Shown here: positions 13,801 to 25,800 of the stretch, piece after piece
Layout of the letters: every line of letters starts with the position of its first letter
Position numbering within the stretch: the first letter of the stretch is position 1
Assembly (NCBI GenBank): GCA_002633005.1
Contig: NMRA01000188.1
Location: 294,921 to 358,920 of the forward strand
Direction: 5' to 3'
Source: Phoronis australis
Lineage: Eukaryota > Animalia > Phoronida
DNA: 64,000 bases
The notes under the pieces: generated by a model
Databases searched by the model: none
What the model was told of the DNA's origin: nothing
The model's input: only the letters and a program-made list of their open reading frames with translations
Translations under genes and position numbers: made by a program

Positions 13801-16800
13801 CACTCATGCTTTACAAAGTGAAGTGTTACCAATTTCAGACAAAAATAATTGTCGAATTGCCAGTTTTCATTTTTTTAGGGCTTCAAACAGTGCCATGAGT
13901 GCCCACAGATTTTCAAAATATCTTCAGTTTTGTGGGAAAAATTGGAAAATAAAATTTTGTTTGTCTGTCATATGATGTTCTAAATTGTTAGGATCTGACA
14001 AATTGAATAGAAATCACCATAAAACTTAAACAAGTGCTTTGCATTAAATAAACGATGAGTTGCTGGTGATTACCTATTCATTACCTGGTTATATCCAGGT
14101 GTAAGCGACTTTGGTGATTAGAGGCAAAATGTATGTTTTTTTTTGTTTTAAAGAGGGAGTGTTTGCCATGCATGAAAAGATTAATTGTAGTACTTAGCTT
14201 TAATGATATCATTTCTAAAGTCTATTGGTGTGTATCCGCAAACCATAATGACGTTTTACTTGGCACAACATTTGGGTTAGTCATTTCTCCAGCTATGTTT
14301 AATGTAAAGCTTTAAGGTTGCAAAGTCCAGAAGATGGCTGGGGAAATGGTCGGAAAAGTAAACGGCTGTCTTCAGGTGTTAAAGTGTACTTAGAAAAACG
14401 ATTACAGGCATGTGGAAGAGTGGCACAGTTTTAACACCTGAAGATGGTTGGAGAAGTGGTCGACTGAAATGTCGTGCCTCGTAAATAGACTAGAGATAGG
14501 TGTAAATACCGTAGACCGAGAGTTTAGACATGGTGTTGCCGTCTCATTACATCAAAGCACATTTTATAAAGCTATCTTAAGAATGATTTCAAACAGTGGA
14601 GCAGTAATTTTTGTTGAAGTCCATCTATCTTCTTAGTGTAATGCAGAAAGGTCTGACCGATTTAGGATGCTTAATGTCAGAGAAGGAAATGTTGTTATAA
14701 TCATAAAAATGAATTGATATCGTTTTTCGTAAGCGATCACATCAAATATGAGCTTGATCTTTTTAATGTTCCTTAAAGAAACCAACATCGAACAATGTCT
14801 AAGTGAGAAAATATGGGCATTTGTGACTGTGATAGAATCTTTGAAAAATGAAAAAAAATGTGAATTTTGGCCTGGAATTGGTGAGATTTTACTGTGATTA
14901 AGGAAGCAACTGAAGGGAAATTTCGTGTAAATCAAAGAGAATCGTGTTTTGACTGGCGCTTGCTTTTTAAAATTTCGAAAATGGTGGAAATCAATAGATG
15001 GAGTGTGAATGTACTTTCTGTGTGAGGTATGACAAAACAACTATGTTGACTACACCTTTCAAACATGAAGTGTTGACCTCCGTACCTAATCTAAAAATTT
15101 GCACTCTGAACTATTGGCTATTTTTCGACAGGAGACTTTCATTTCATTAGGTAATTTTCAGAAACTACTCCAGTTTAGGACTCAATTTATGGAATTAAAG
15201 GACTTAAATTTATTTTTAAATATGAGCAGCTGCACCAAGGAAATGCTTACATCAGGCAATGTAGGCATGTTGAATTGGTGTGCAATTACAAGGACCCAAT
15301 ACAGTTGCGTTATCAATGCAGATGGGGTTTCCCAGGAAACCTTGTCAACCTGAGCCTATTTTCTGAATCCCGCCTGCTAGACGGATAGGGTTGCTGTGAC
15401 TACGTGCTAATTGTCAGGTGTTATTTTCGTTGAATTTGCAATTTTAGCCAAAACATGTGGGCTGATTTAGGTTGCATAGTACGATAAGTCATCAATTATA
15501 TAGGACATGGCCTGGTTGTTCGTTCTTAGCATGTTATGTTTGCCGCAAAACAGAGAAATCTTGAACATTTGATATGTTGCAAAGCCTTTAAAAATGAAAA
15601 GGAAAAAATGGAAATGAATTATGTGCAAGGTAATTAGATGCAGGTAATTTCATATACATTTAAAACATGAGCGATTGTTTGTATTCATTAACTATGCAGA
15701 GACAATAAAATTAATATACCAAAATTTGTCACAAGACTTATACAGAATTTCTGAAAACGTTTCCTTAGCAACCCAAATACAATAGCTGACGAAAATGGTC
15801 TTTGACTCTAAATGCTATTAGTAAGACAGTGTTCTTGATTACCTGTGCTTGCTTCACAGGAGGACTACTACGTATGCACATCAATAGACGTTAGCAAGGA
15901 AGACCTCTATGTGACCCAGTTTGAGGCTGAGGCCGAGGCTAACACCGCCCATCACATGATACTCTTTGGTTGCGCATCGCCCGGAGGAGACGAAAAAATG
16001 TGGTAAGATTATCCGTTTAGCTTACTAAGCCACAGCTTGGGCCTGAGCTCAAAATAGGCCCTCACTCTTGTCGCCACAGGTGCTGTTGAAAAGCTGATGC
16101 GACCAGGGGATTTAATTATTTATGAGGGACCCTCGAGAAATGCCCAAATGGGACAAACTTCGGAATATCATATTTCGGAACTGACTGATGGAATTTATAT
16201 GAAACTTTCAGGTACTTTACATTATGAACTGTTCTCTACAATGTTAGCAATTGTTTGGCATGGGTGTTGGCAAAAATAGGACTTTTTTATCTAAACATCA
16301 TTCAACAAAGAATGGACTCACCGGAGACAGCCCAAGAGTTGTTATCTCTGCGGCGAAGGATGTTAAAGTTGAGTCTCCGATGAGTTGCCAGCAGTCACTG
16401 GTACGGTGCGCGGCTTTAGACGCTCTGCGGCTGGGTTAAATATCTTTTATAGGCCTAACTATCCCCAATTCCCGTACCAGGATGAATTTCAAAAAATAAC
16501 TTGACTTTGCAAATTTTGATAACTAAAATGGAAGTGAAATAATTTAGAAAACTGCAATAATAAATTAAATGTTCAAGATGAAACTTCTAAAACAATTCAT
16601 GTGCAAAGAAACTTGGACAAATGTTGATACTGTTGTTTTGCTTTGGATGAACCTTTCTTGTTTGTTAAATTTTACTAAAAAGACATGGACCACACGACAG
16701 ACTTTCTACTTTCAGAAAGTGTAAACTTTTAGTGGCCAAGGTTTTAATCAAATCTATAGTTTTGTAACTGTTTGGTTAAGTCCAGTTGATAAGGATCTAA

Positions 16801-19800
16801 GTACTTATTAGCTTAAGTTAAAAGGTACAGCATAGGGTCTGACATGACATGTCAACAATTGGGCTCAAAGTCATGTCTGTTTGGTATCTATGAAACATGA
16901 TTAAACCAAACGGGAGGAAGTTTTTAAAATAGCATGTGATTGAATGTGTATTTCTTATTTCATTAGACATTCACACATTTTCAATACTAACAAATCTAGT
17001 AGAAGCCTGCATTCCGTCCAGGAAGCAAACATCTGATTTAGACCACTTGGCATTATGGGATTGTTTCTGATTTGTATTTTATGCAGATGAGTAGTTTTTA
17101 CAGGGTTTGTAAAAAGTGGCAGTTGATTATTGTTGAGGCTGTACTTGATACATAAATTGACACGTTGTGGCAGTTGATTATTGTTGAGGCTGTACTTGAT
17201 ACATAAATTGACACGTTGTAACAAGCTAGGTTCTAGAGCCTGACCTTGTCACATAAAATGACACATTGTGACTAACTGGCTTGTAGAGCCTGACCTTAGC
17301 ACATAAAATGACACATGACAAGGTAGCTTGGAGAACCTGACCTTGCCTGGCACCTAAAATGACAGGTCGTGACAAGCTGGCTTGTAGAGCCTGACCAGAA
17401 GGAGTCACTTCTTTCCAAGTCTTCGTGTCTTCTCCAATTTGATTATTCAACAAATCAAAACTAATCACTTAAAAGTGATTGACCTAAGTTGTTTGTTGTG
17501 AATGGAAGGCAGGTTTGTCACTGATTTAACTCGTACGTTCTGCTAATAGTGAATAAAAGCCGCACTTACGAGTCACATACCTGTGCCTATATGTGATGCT
17601 TTAGCACAAGCGCAAAATAACTGAACATAATGATCATTTTTAGAGTAAGACATGTGGGCCTTTGTGCGTGCCTGTGCGTTATTTTGATTCACATGCTTAG
17701 AAAAATTTGTTCATATCAAGTGATCAATTTTAATGTTAAAACCCTAAAACCCTGAATATTGTCTCCTTATAGCTGGGCACTGAACTCCATTGCTTCATTT
17801 GACGGTTTCATGAAAGCAGTGGTTTTATACTATCGATGTGAAGATCGATCACTTTGCTTGATTTTTTGTGTAAACGTTGTTGTCCGATTTACATGTTGCA
17901 AAGTTGTCATGTGTCTGTGCATTCATAACTGTATTGTGCACAGTTTTGCCATGCTGTGGCCTTCTGCATTTTTTTCCAGCTTTACGCACTAAAATTGAAG
18001 TCTTGTTAAGTAATACAAGTCCTGAAGTTGCATTGCTACATGTTGTTTATAAAGCATTTGTTTCCAGGGAGTGCACTACAGTTGGCCCATGTAGTGGTGG
18101 AGACCAGATTTTGTATGCGTGGGCCAAAAATGCCCGGCCTACCAATGTACCAAGAGGTAAACGGGTGCTGACCTCTACTGGTAGCATCATGTAGGAAAAT
18201 TGTTATTGTTTTGGCTACTGGTGGAATCGAGGCTAAAGCATGGCTGTCAGGGCATCCCTATGGTGCACCTAATTGCAGTAATGCTCTGCATGGGTGTCGG
18301 TGCTTTCCCAGTGTCCAGTTAAGATCCAATTGGGCTTCTCTCATAGACCTTTTTATGGTTACTCCAACTCCTTGGCTGTCTAATGCGTGATGTGATGGTC
18401 GAATCCAACACTCGCAGAAATTTATGCAACAATTGCGGTATCAGGACGACGTGGTCATTCAAACACAGAAACTTTCTGATGAACTGATCAACTAGATTTA
18501 CAATACGTACTTGATTTCTCAGTTTAAATAAAAAATTCAATATTCTGCATGTTACCTAGAGGCTGTCGGGTAACTACCTATTCCACAATTAATTGTGCGT
18601 GGTTGATTTTTATGAAATTTTAAAAAGGTCGCTTGGTTGAGGTGTCCTGTTTGCTGCTTACCAATGTCCAAGCTTTCATGTGCCTTTTCAGGAAATGCGG
18701 AACTCCGTGTGCCAATTCTGTGATACTTTTTGCATGGGCCAGAAACGCTGAACCTACCCGAGTCCCTAAAGGTAACGGCTTGTCCCTCTAGGCACATCAT
18801 TGACTTGCTAAAATGTAGCGTTTAGAATGACATATGGTCTTGTATGTGTGGAAAATCTGCTTTGTTTGGAAAATTGCTGGCTGTAATGTTGTGGATACAC
18901 CTCATATGACTTCCTAAATAGTAAACGAAATCTCCAATAGGTGCCACTACTGACTGTACAGATAATTGTTCACTTATTCCTCCTCTTAAATATTATTATT
19001 TACTGCAAAGCAAAACGATGAAATTCTCATCGTCATAGCCATCGCTACAAAATTTACGTAACTGTACATCAACCCGATTCCCAGAGAATCGATCCATGCT
19101 GAATTTCCAAAGTAGCATACCCTATCTTAACTGAGCCGCAGATCTCTGAGTGGTCAGATTTTAAAGCTGCACATGTCTGAAGCTTTGGCTTGCTATCGAC
19201 AATATGTTTCGAACTTTATTTTTCATTTCCAGCGCTTTTAAGTGCAAAATTAAGGACTGTAATGACACAGCAGTACGTAATGTTGTTTACTGTTTATTCG
19301 TAACGATTTATTGGTCGCATATTCCAGATGTTGGTTTCCATATTGGAAGCAGCTCAAAAGCTCGACACCTTGTACTTCAAGTTCACTATGCCCGAGTCTT
19401 CAGTAGTAAGTACCTCTGTGTAACTACAATGCCATTACGCCTAATATGCGTTAATTCAACACTTGCTTCCACTGGTGCCACACCAATTTAGATGCTGGAG
19501 TTTCAGAAGTGGAGACAAGATTTTTGAAGTAATCAAGACTTGTAACAGAGTCTTTTCTTAACTGTAAAGAAACTGTTACACGTAAGAAAGTGTTGTTATT
19601 GGACGTTACTATGATGGTCCCTGCTTGTAACCATGACAATAATATGATAATTAGTTACAAGGTCAGTCTCATAAAAATTGTATTTTCTAGAGGTCACATT
19701 TAGGTATAGTGAGGAAGCCACCTTGAAGATTTAGCTACCCCTGCTTGGCATATTAATTTGTATGGCGGTATGCTGTTTAGCTAACTCGCATTTTGATAAT

Positions 19801-22800
19801 TGACAGTGACAATATTTTAAGGTAGTTAGCTACTAAAGTCATCGACCTTGATTTCCACAAATGTGTACCGTAGTGGACAGTAGAGAGAACTGCTCTTTTT
19901 ATATCTCAAAAGTGCAACAGATTTATTGTTTTGTAGCTCTGGTCAAAGCTAATATTTTAAAAAGTCTGTCACGCCCGACAATGAGCCCTAGAAATGCGTT
20001 TTTCATCCATAAAATCAATTATGTCCCTGTAACTCAAAATTATTAAATTGGATATGGTCCATTAAGTGTTATTATCTCAGGATGCTTTACAGGACAAAAG
20101 ACATCACACAAAATAAGGCTTTGCCGTCATGAGGACTAATTGTGTTCACAGCAAAATTGACCGGTTATGACTGTTATGGCAGCAAAATTCCAATAACGGA
20201 GTGACTTACTAATTACGGAGTGACTAACTAATTATCCACTTTACTAACTTTCCTGTTTATTCCCCCTCACTCTGTGTTATGAGGGGAGACAACTCTGACA
20301 TTGAACTCCGCTTCCATCTGGCTACCCTGACATGTTCCACCTACCTGGCAGCCCTGACAGGTTTGTTCCTCCTGGCTGCTCTGACCTTGTTCCTCCTGAC
20401 ATCTCTGACCTTTTTCTTCCACCCAGCTGCCCTGACATTTTTCTTCCACTCGGCTGCCCTGACATTTTTCTTCCACCCGGCTGCCCTGACAGGTTTCTTC
20501 CACTCACCTGCCCTAACATTTTTCTTCCACCCAACTGCCCTGNCCCTGACAAGTTTCTTCCACTCACCTGCCCTAACATTTTTCTTCCACCCAACTGCTC
20601 TGACATTTTTTCTTCCACCCGGCTGCCCTAACAGGTTTCTTCCACCCCACCCAGCTGCCTTGACAGGTTTCCAGGTCATTTTGTCTAGTTTTTGGCATGT
20701 ACTGTATTGTTCTAATAATGTTCATTCTTCATTACAGAAACTGAGCCACCCGACCACTCAGGCGTCAGGTTATACGTGACTGATAAAAGGTGAGTTATAT
20801 AATTTATTAGAACCTCTTTATGTGGGGTGCTTTATATATGAGTAAGATGAAACTGTTGACACCATGTCATTCTCTAATTAAACACCTCATGTACTCTAGT
20901 TCAAAGCAATGTGTTTTCAAGAAGACCCTGACTGAAGAAGTTATATGAATTTCAGAAAATTTCTTCAGTCAGGTGACCAGCTAATGTCATTGCATCTGAC
21001 ATGGATTTCAGAACAAAGTAATCTGTCAACATTTTACGTCACGTGTTTGTCCTGGGTCTCTCACTCAAGGTCTTCAAGCTGCATTTTGCCTTGTTTAGTT
21101 GGCTAAAAGCAAAAATTGAATTCGGCTTTTTACTCTCGTTAAATCAATCTCATAAATGTTCCTTAACTACTCAAGTCACCAGTTGGCAATGTGGGCATGG
21201 CAACCAGGGAAGGAACGAAAATCGGTCGTGATCATTTGTGAAACTTGAAACATTTCGCTTGTGAATCATGAAATTGATAACTGTAGGGGTTTAGAGACCC
21301 CCCTGTAAGCTGGGATGTAGGTTGCAAGTGTCTGGGGAGTGTATTTACATAGACTGAGTGCAGATGTCATTGCCTGTTGTAGTTTCTAACGTGTCCATCT
21401 AAACCTGTTCTAAATAAGGTTTGGTGTCAGTATTGGAAAATCAGTAAGATACCGAATACAATACATTTACTTTGCAATATTGCAAAAGTAAGAGGAATAT
21501 TCACAACTTCGTTTGGTATTTATTTTTTAAAATACCTAGTTTCCTGCTTTCGAAAACCTGGTTTCATCAGCCTTCTATTTACTGAGTGACCTGTAGAACG
21601 AGGCAGTGACCACAATGCAAACTGGAACAGCACTTGGGCTGTTCTTCAGGCTGGGCGTGTGTCACCTCATAGTTGAGTGAAGCCTGAAAATATGAAGTCA
21701 GTCATCCTTTTATTTTGTAAGGAATCCATTTTGGAACTGAATAATTTTTATTTCAATACCGGTGTAGTACTGGCAATCATGGGAACTGGTACCCAACCCG
21801 AGTCTTACAGGGCTACAGGGCTTCTTGCTCCTGATTAGCAGAGTGTCCACACAAAGCACAAACTGCCACCTGTGGGTCAAGGCAGAAGTGATGGGAAGCA
21901 AGTCGCAATGCCCCCTTGTGTCATGGTAGGTGAAGTGTCTGCAAGATCTTAGCTATCCATGATTGCTGCTGACTCTGTGCTCCTGCTGGGGCAACTTGGA
22001 TCATCTTGAAGATGTCTTGTTGTTTCATTTATACTTACTGTATATGTCCAGGCATTGCCGACGCTGAGCTTTAACCGAACACTCCCAAATTATATGCCAA
22101 AAAACTACCTTAAAAGTGCTAGCGTGTTTGTGATTGTCCGTTTCATCAGAATTCAAACTCTTCAAAATACACAGCTCTGTAATTGCTATTGAATAATGAT
22201 CAGTCTCAACAGAACCTACTCTGGTAACCTTGTTACCAATTGCTGTCTACAGTCCATCGATCTTTTCATTGTCTCTTCCACTTGAAGTCTGACATCAATG
22301 TGCCTTTCTGAACGTTTTCCCAATCTACTGTTTAATTTCTCAAAAATTTCGTTTTTGCCACCCATGTTCAGCTTCACGCTCACCCCTAGCCAATACATCA
22401 GCTGAAGCAGAGCTGAAGAGCCAGAGTCATAAAAAAATTCACAGATTCTGTAAAATGGTACATAAATTAAAAGAAATTCGCCAGTATGTGGGCAAAATAC
22501 TTTGTCCGCCATCTTGTACTCACAGATTATAATTAGTGACCCAGACGCCACACTCAATGAGCCAAGTGAATGCCTTAGTTCAAGAGTTCCCCACTAGGTG
22601 AAAAATGCAAGGTCTTGATTTCCATGCAGTTACATTCGCCATATCATTCGTGCAGATAAATTTCTTCATGCAATCGTAATTTCGATGTGTGTGTGTTAAC
22701 ATCTAATGATTAATTCAAGTGTTATATGCACGTTTCTAAATTCTGTACGGGCTTCCAATCCTGTTTCAAAAAATTCACAATTTAAGTGGGCCCTCAATCA

Positions 22801-25800
22801 AGGTAGATGCACACCTTGTCACTTGTGTGCGATTACTTTGGAAGCTGGGGTAGCTGATTGGCCAGCTGGTCACACCAATAGAATTCATGTATGATCATCG
22901 TGTGCTTCACTTTTCATTCAGGCCCCATTACCTGGCTGGGGTACTGCTGATGGGTCTTAGCTGGTTCACCATTCCTGGTCAGACTAAAGGTAGGTGGTCC
23001 AGCATTAGTCACCAATGTTAACCTCTGGCTAGTATGTGTATAGAAAGTTGAAGAACGATCTAATTAGAGCGATTTTCTACATTTAAACAAACAGCAAAAT
23101 GGGATAAGCAAGAATTATTATTAGTCTTCAAGCATGCCATATGTTGGTTGCATCATATTTGCCTTTAGTTTCGTTTGAAAAGATCTCTGCCCTCACCGGT
23201 AATCTTTTCAGACTATAGGTGCCGTGATGGGACCAATATATGACGTGTATGATGACTTATAATTCTTGCTTACGTATCAACACAATGATTTATCACACAA
23301 TTACAAGGAAAATAGGATCTCTTACGGAGGTAGTGCTAACAGTTAGTGTAGGATCTCTCAAGCGGGTAGTGCTAACAGTTAGTGTAAGACTGGTCAATGC
23401 CAAGTTATGCTAGCTTTGGGACTTAAAGGCTCTGTAGGACCCTAAAAATTGGCAAATTTGGCTTACTTCAGAACATTAAATCTCACAAGTTGCTGATCAG
23501 ATTCATATGAAGTATTATGCTCTATTCACGCTCCTTCAAAATGCAATAAGCATATGTTGTTTTTAAAATGCTTCACTTTTGCTCGAGGGCTTATCCAAAT
23601 TAGGACTGTTTTGATTTTAGGAAAATTTAAATTAAAAAAGTATCATCTTGACCACTTATATCTTCAAAGGAAACCTGGTCTTGATATTAATGCTGTCTTG
23701 CTCTAAAATGTACCTTAAGTTTGTTTATTTTCTAAAATTTACAGAAAAGAAGTCATGTGACCCAATTAATTCAGCGTGCTTTTTATTTTCAGAAATGCTT
23801 TTATTGAATAGTTTTGTAGATAGTTGAATTAATGCACAGATTTGTGGATAAAGTGCTACATAACCTCCAAGTTTAAGTTTTAATACACAGAGGATATATT
23901 GTATGGTGCATTTATATAGGCGGAGTGGTTGAACTTTTTTTCTACGAGTGACATATCAGTTTTTTACAAAGTGTTTTGAAACCCTTTTAAACTTGAACTT
24001 CAGTCATAATGTATCGCAGTGTCATGACAGTGTACTATTAATTTCGTTGTTTTGATTGACAGTTGTCCATGGCGATATCTCCTGCCCATTTCCTGGCAGT
24101 ACCGCTATATACCCGTTTGCCTTCCGGACACATGCCCACACGTTAGGTAATTATTGTTCAATGATTACAGCGTATCCGAGGCCAGTCTTGTTATAAATAC
24201 CTGCCTGAACATTCTTAAATTTTCAAGGATCGATATTAAACGTGCACGTATTTTGCATCTTGGTCAATAAAATGTTGTTATAAAATAAGTGGTTATTCAC
24301 TGACGGATAGTTACAATAAATAAGTTATAAACTTTTAAGTTGATGAAATGCACCAGTCCTGTTTTTGACTGCAGAATTACTCCCGTTTGGATGTGTGTAC
24401 TACATACATGTACTTAGAGGAAACCTACCTTAATTCTATTCTTGAACCCCAAGCAGCGCCATCTGTGGCATAGCTTCACAGCTAATTTGATTTATTTCAG
24501 TTTGACCTGTACAATCTCTACTTGACCTAGTTACCATTGTGTGGAGCTTTAAAGTCACGTGCCAGTCTCAAAGCTTTCATTGGTTCTATGATTCGTGTTT
24601 CGGTAATTCCCATGACGGATTTAAACGTAATTGAAATCCAATAATTTGTTGTCAACACTTTTTCCTCTGGTATTCACACTCCTGTAACTAGGTACATTGA
24701 ATGTTTTGCCTTTCCCCGTCTTATCGAGCTTACACAAAGTGCCTGTAACTATAACTGGTGATAGTTATTGATTCTGTTTCTACGTATTCTTATCCTCGCT
24801 AGGTGTTGTCATTACGGGATACCAATTCAACGCCTCGGGCTGGCACCTGATTGGTAAAGGTGACCCTCAGCTGCCCCAGGCTTTCTACCCAGTACAGGGC
24901 TCCTACAGGATCCTGCCAGGAGACTACCTGGTATGTGCACTAACGACTTCTTTAATCTCGCCAGTTTGTTTTTCTGAAACGGCATGATGACATATTGTTA
25001 ATATTGGTCATCTTGGAAATGGCTGTAATGGTTAAATGTAATGACTGGTCTGGTTGTCTTGGAAATGACTGTAATGGTTAAATGTAATGACTGGTCTGGT
25101 TGTCTTGGAAATGACTGTAATGGTTAAATGTAATGACTGGTCTGGTTGTCTTGGAAATGACTGTAATGGTTAAATGTACTGACTGGTCTGGTTGTCTTGG
25201 AAATGACTGTAATGGTTAAATGTAATGACTGGTCTGGTTGTCCATCTTATTGGTATCTTGTCGTTATTGTCAACACATGGGTCACTTGTGTATCTTGAAG
25301 TCTTGCTTGATCTTGCATTTTTGCTACTGGTTCTTGTGTCACCAGAACGTACGCCTTGTCTCGGTTGTCTTTTAATGGACTGAACATATGATAATTTTAT
25401 TGAGAGCTACATTGCTGGGTATAAAAAGCTAGACCGGAGAGACACCGGAGAGAGTCTAATAATTCAGTGGCTGCACTGTATATACAGTTGGATGTGTTGC
25501 CTACTGTGCTATGTATGAAAGTGCACTTAATAAAGTCTTGCATTGTTGCTTAATAACTTTTAGGCTGCACGGTGCACATACAACTCTATTGGTCGCAACA
25601 GGGATACTAAAATGGGGTAAGTAATGAATTTTTACAAATGTCAGTCGCTCAAATATTCTAAAGGCAGTCTAGTCACATTATAGCCGTCACTCATTAGTTT
25701 GTTAGAAGATTAGTCACATTTAAGTTAAGACTAAAGGTTCAGTCATGACGGTAAATATATACTGAACTGTTAATAAAAACACTCTTAGTCCTTGTTTAGT

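Noticed and set aside
18317-18800. Possible CR1/L2 RT remnant (…HESLDIGKQ…) on the minus strand
   Set aside because: Similarity is too degraded to support a call.
20267-20779. Repetitive ORFs in several frames (e.g. KKNVRAAGW repeats)
   Set aside because: Translations of a minisatellite; only 20738-20789 is a real exon.
21560-22100. Coding-like minus-strand stretch in PAM intron 5
   Set aside because: No consistent frame or recognisable motif; probably an old repeat.
25011-25242. Regular repeats resembling a CRISPR array
   Set aside because: Head-to-tail 46-bp units with no unique spacers, inside a eukaryotic intron, and no cas genes.
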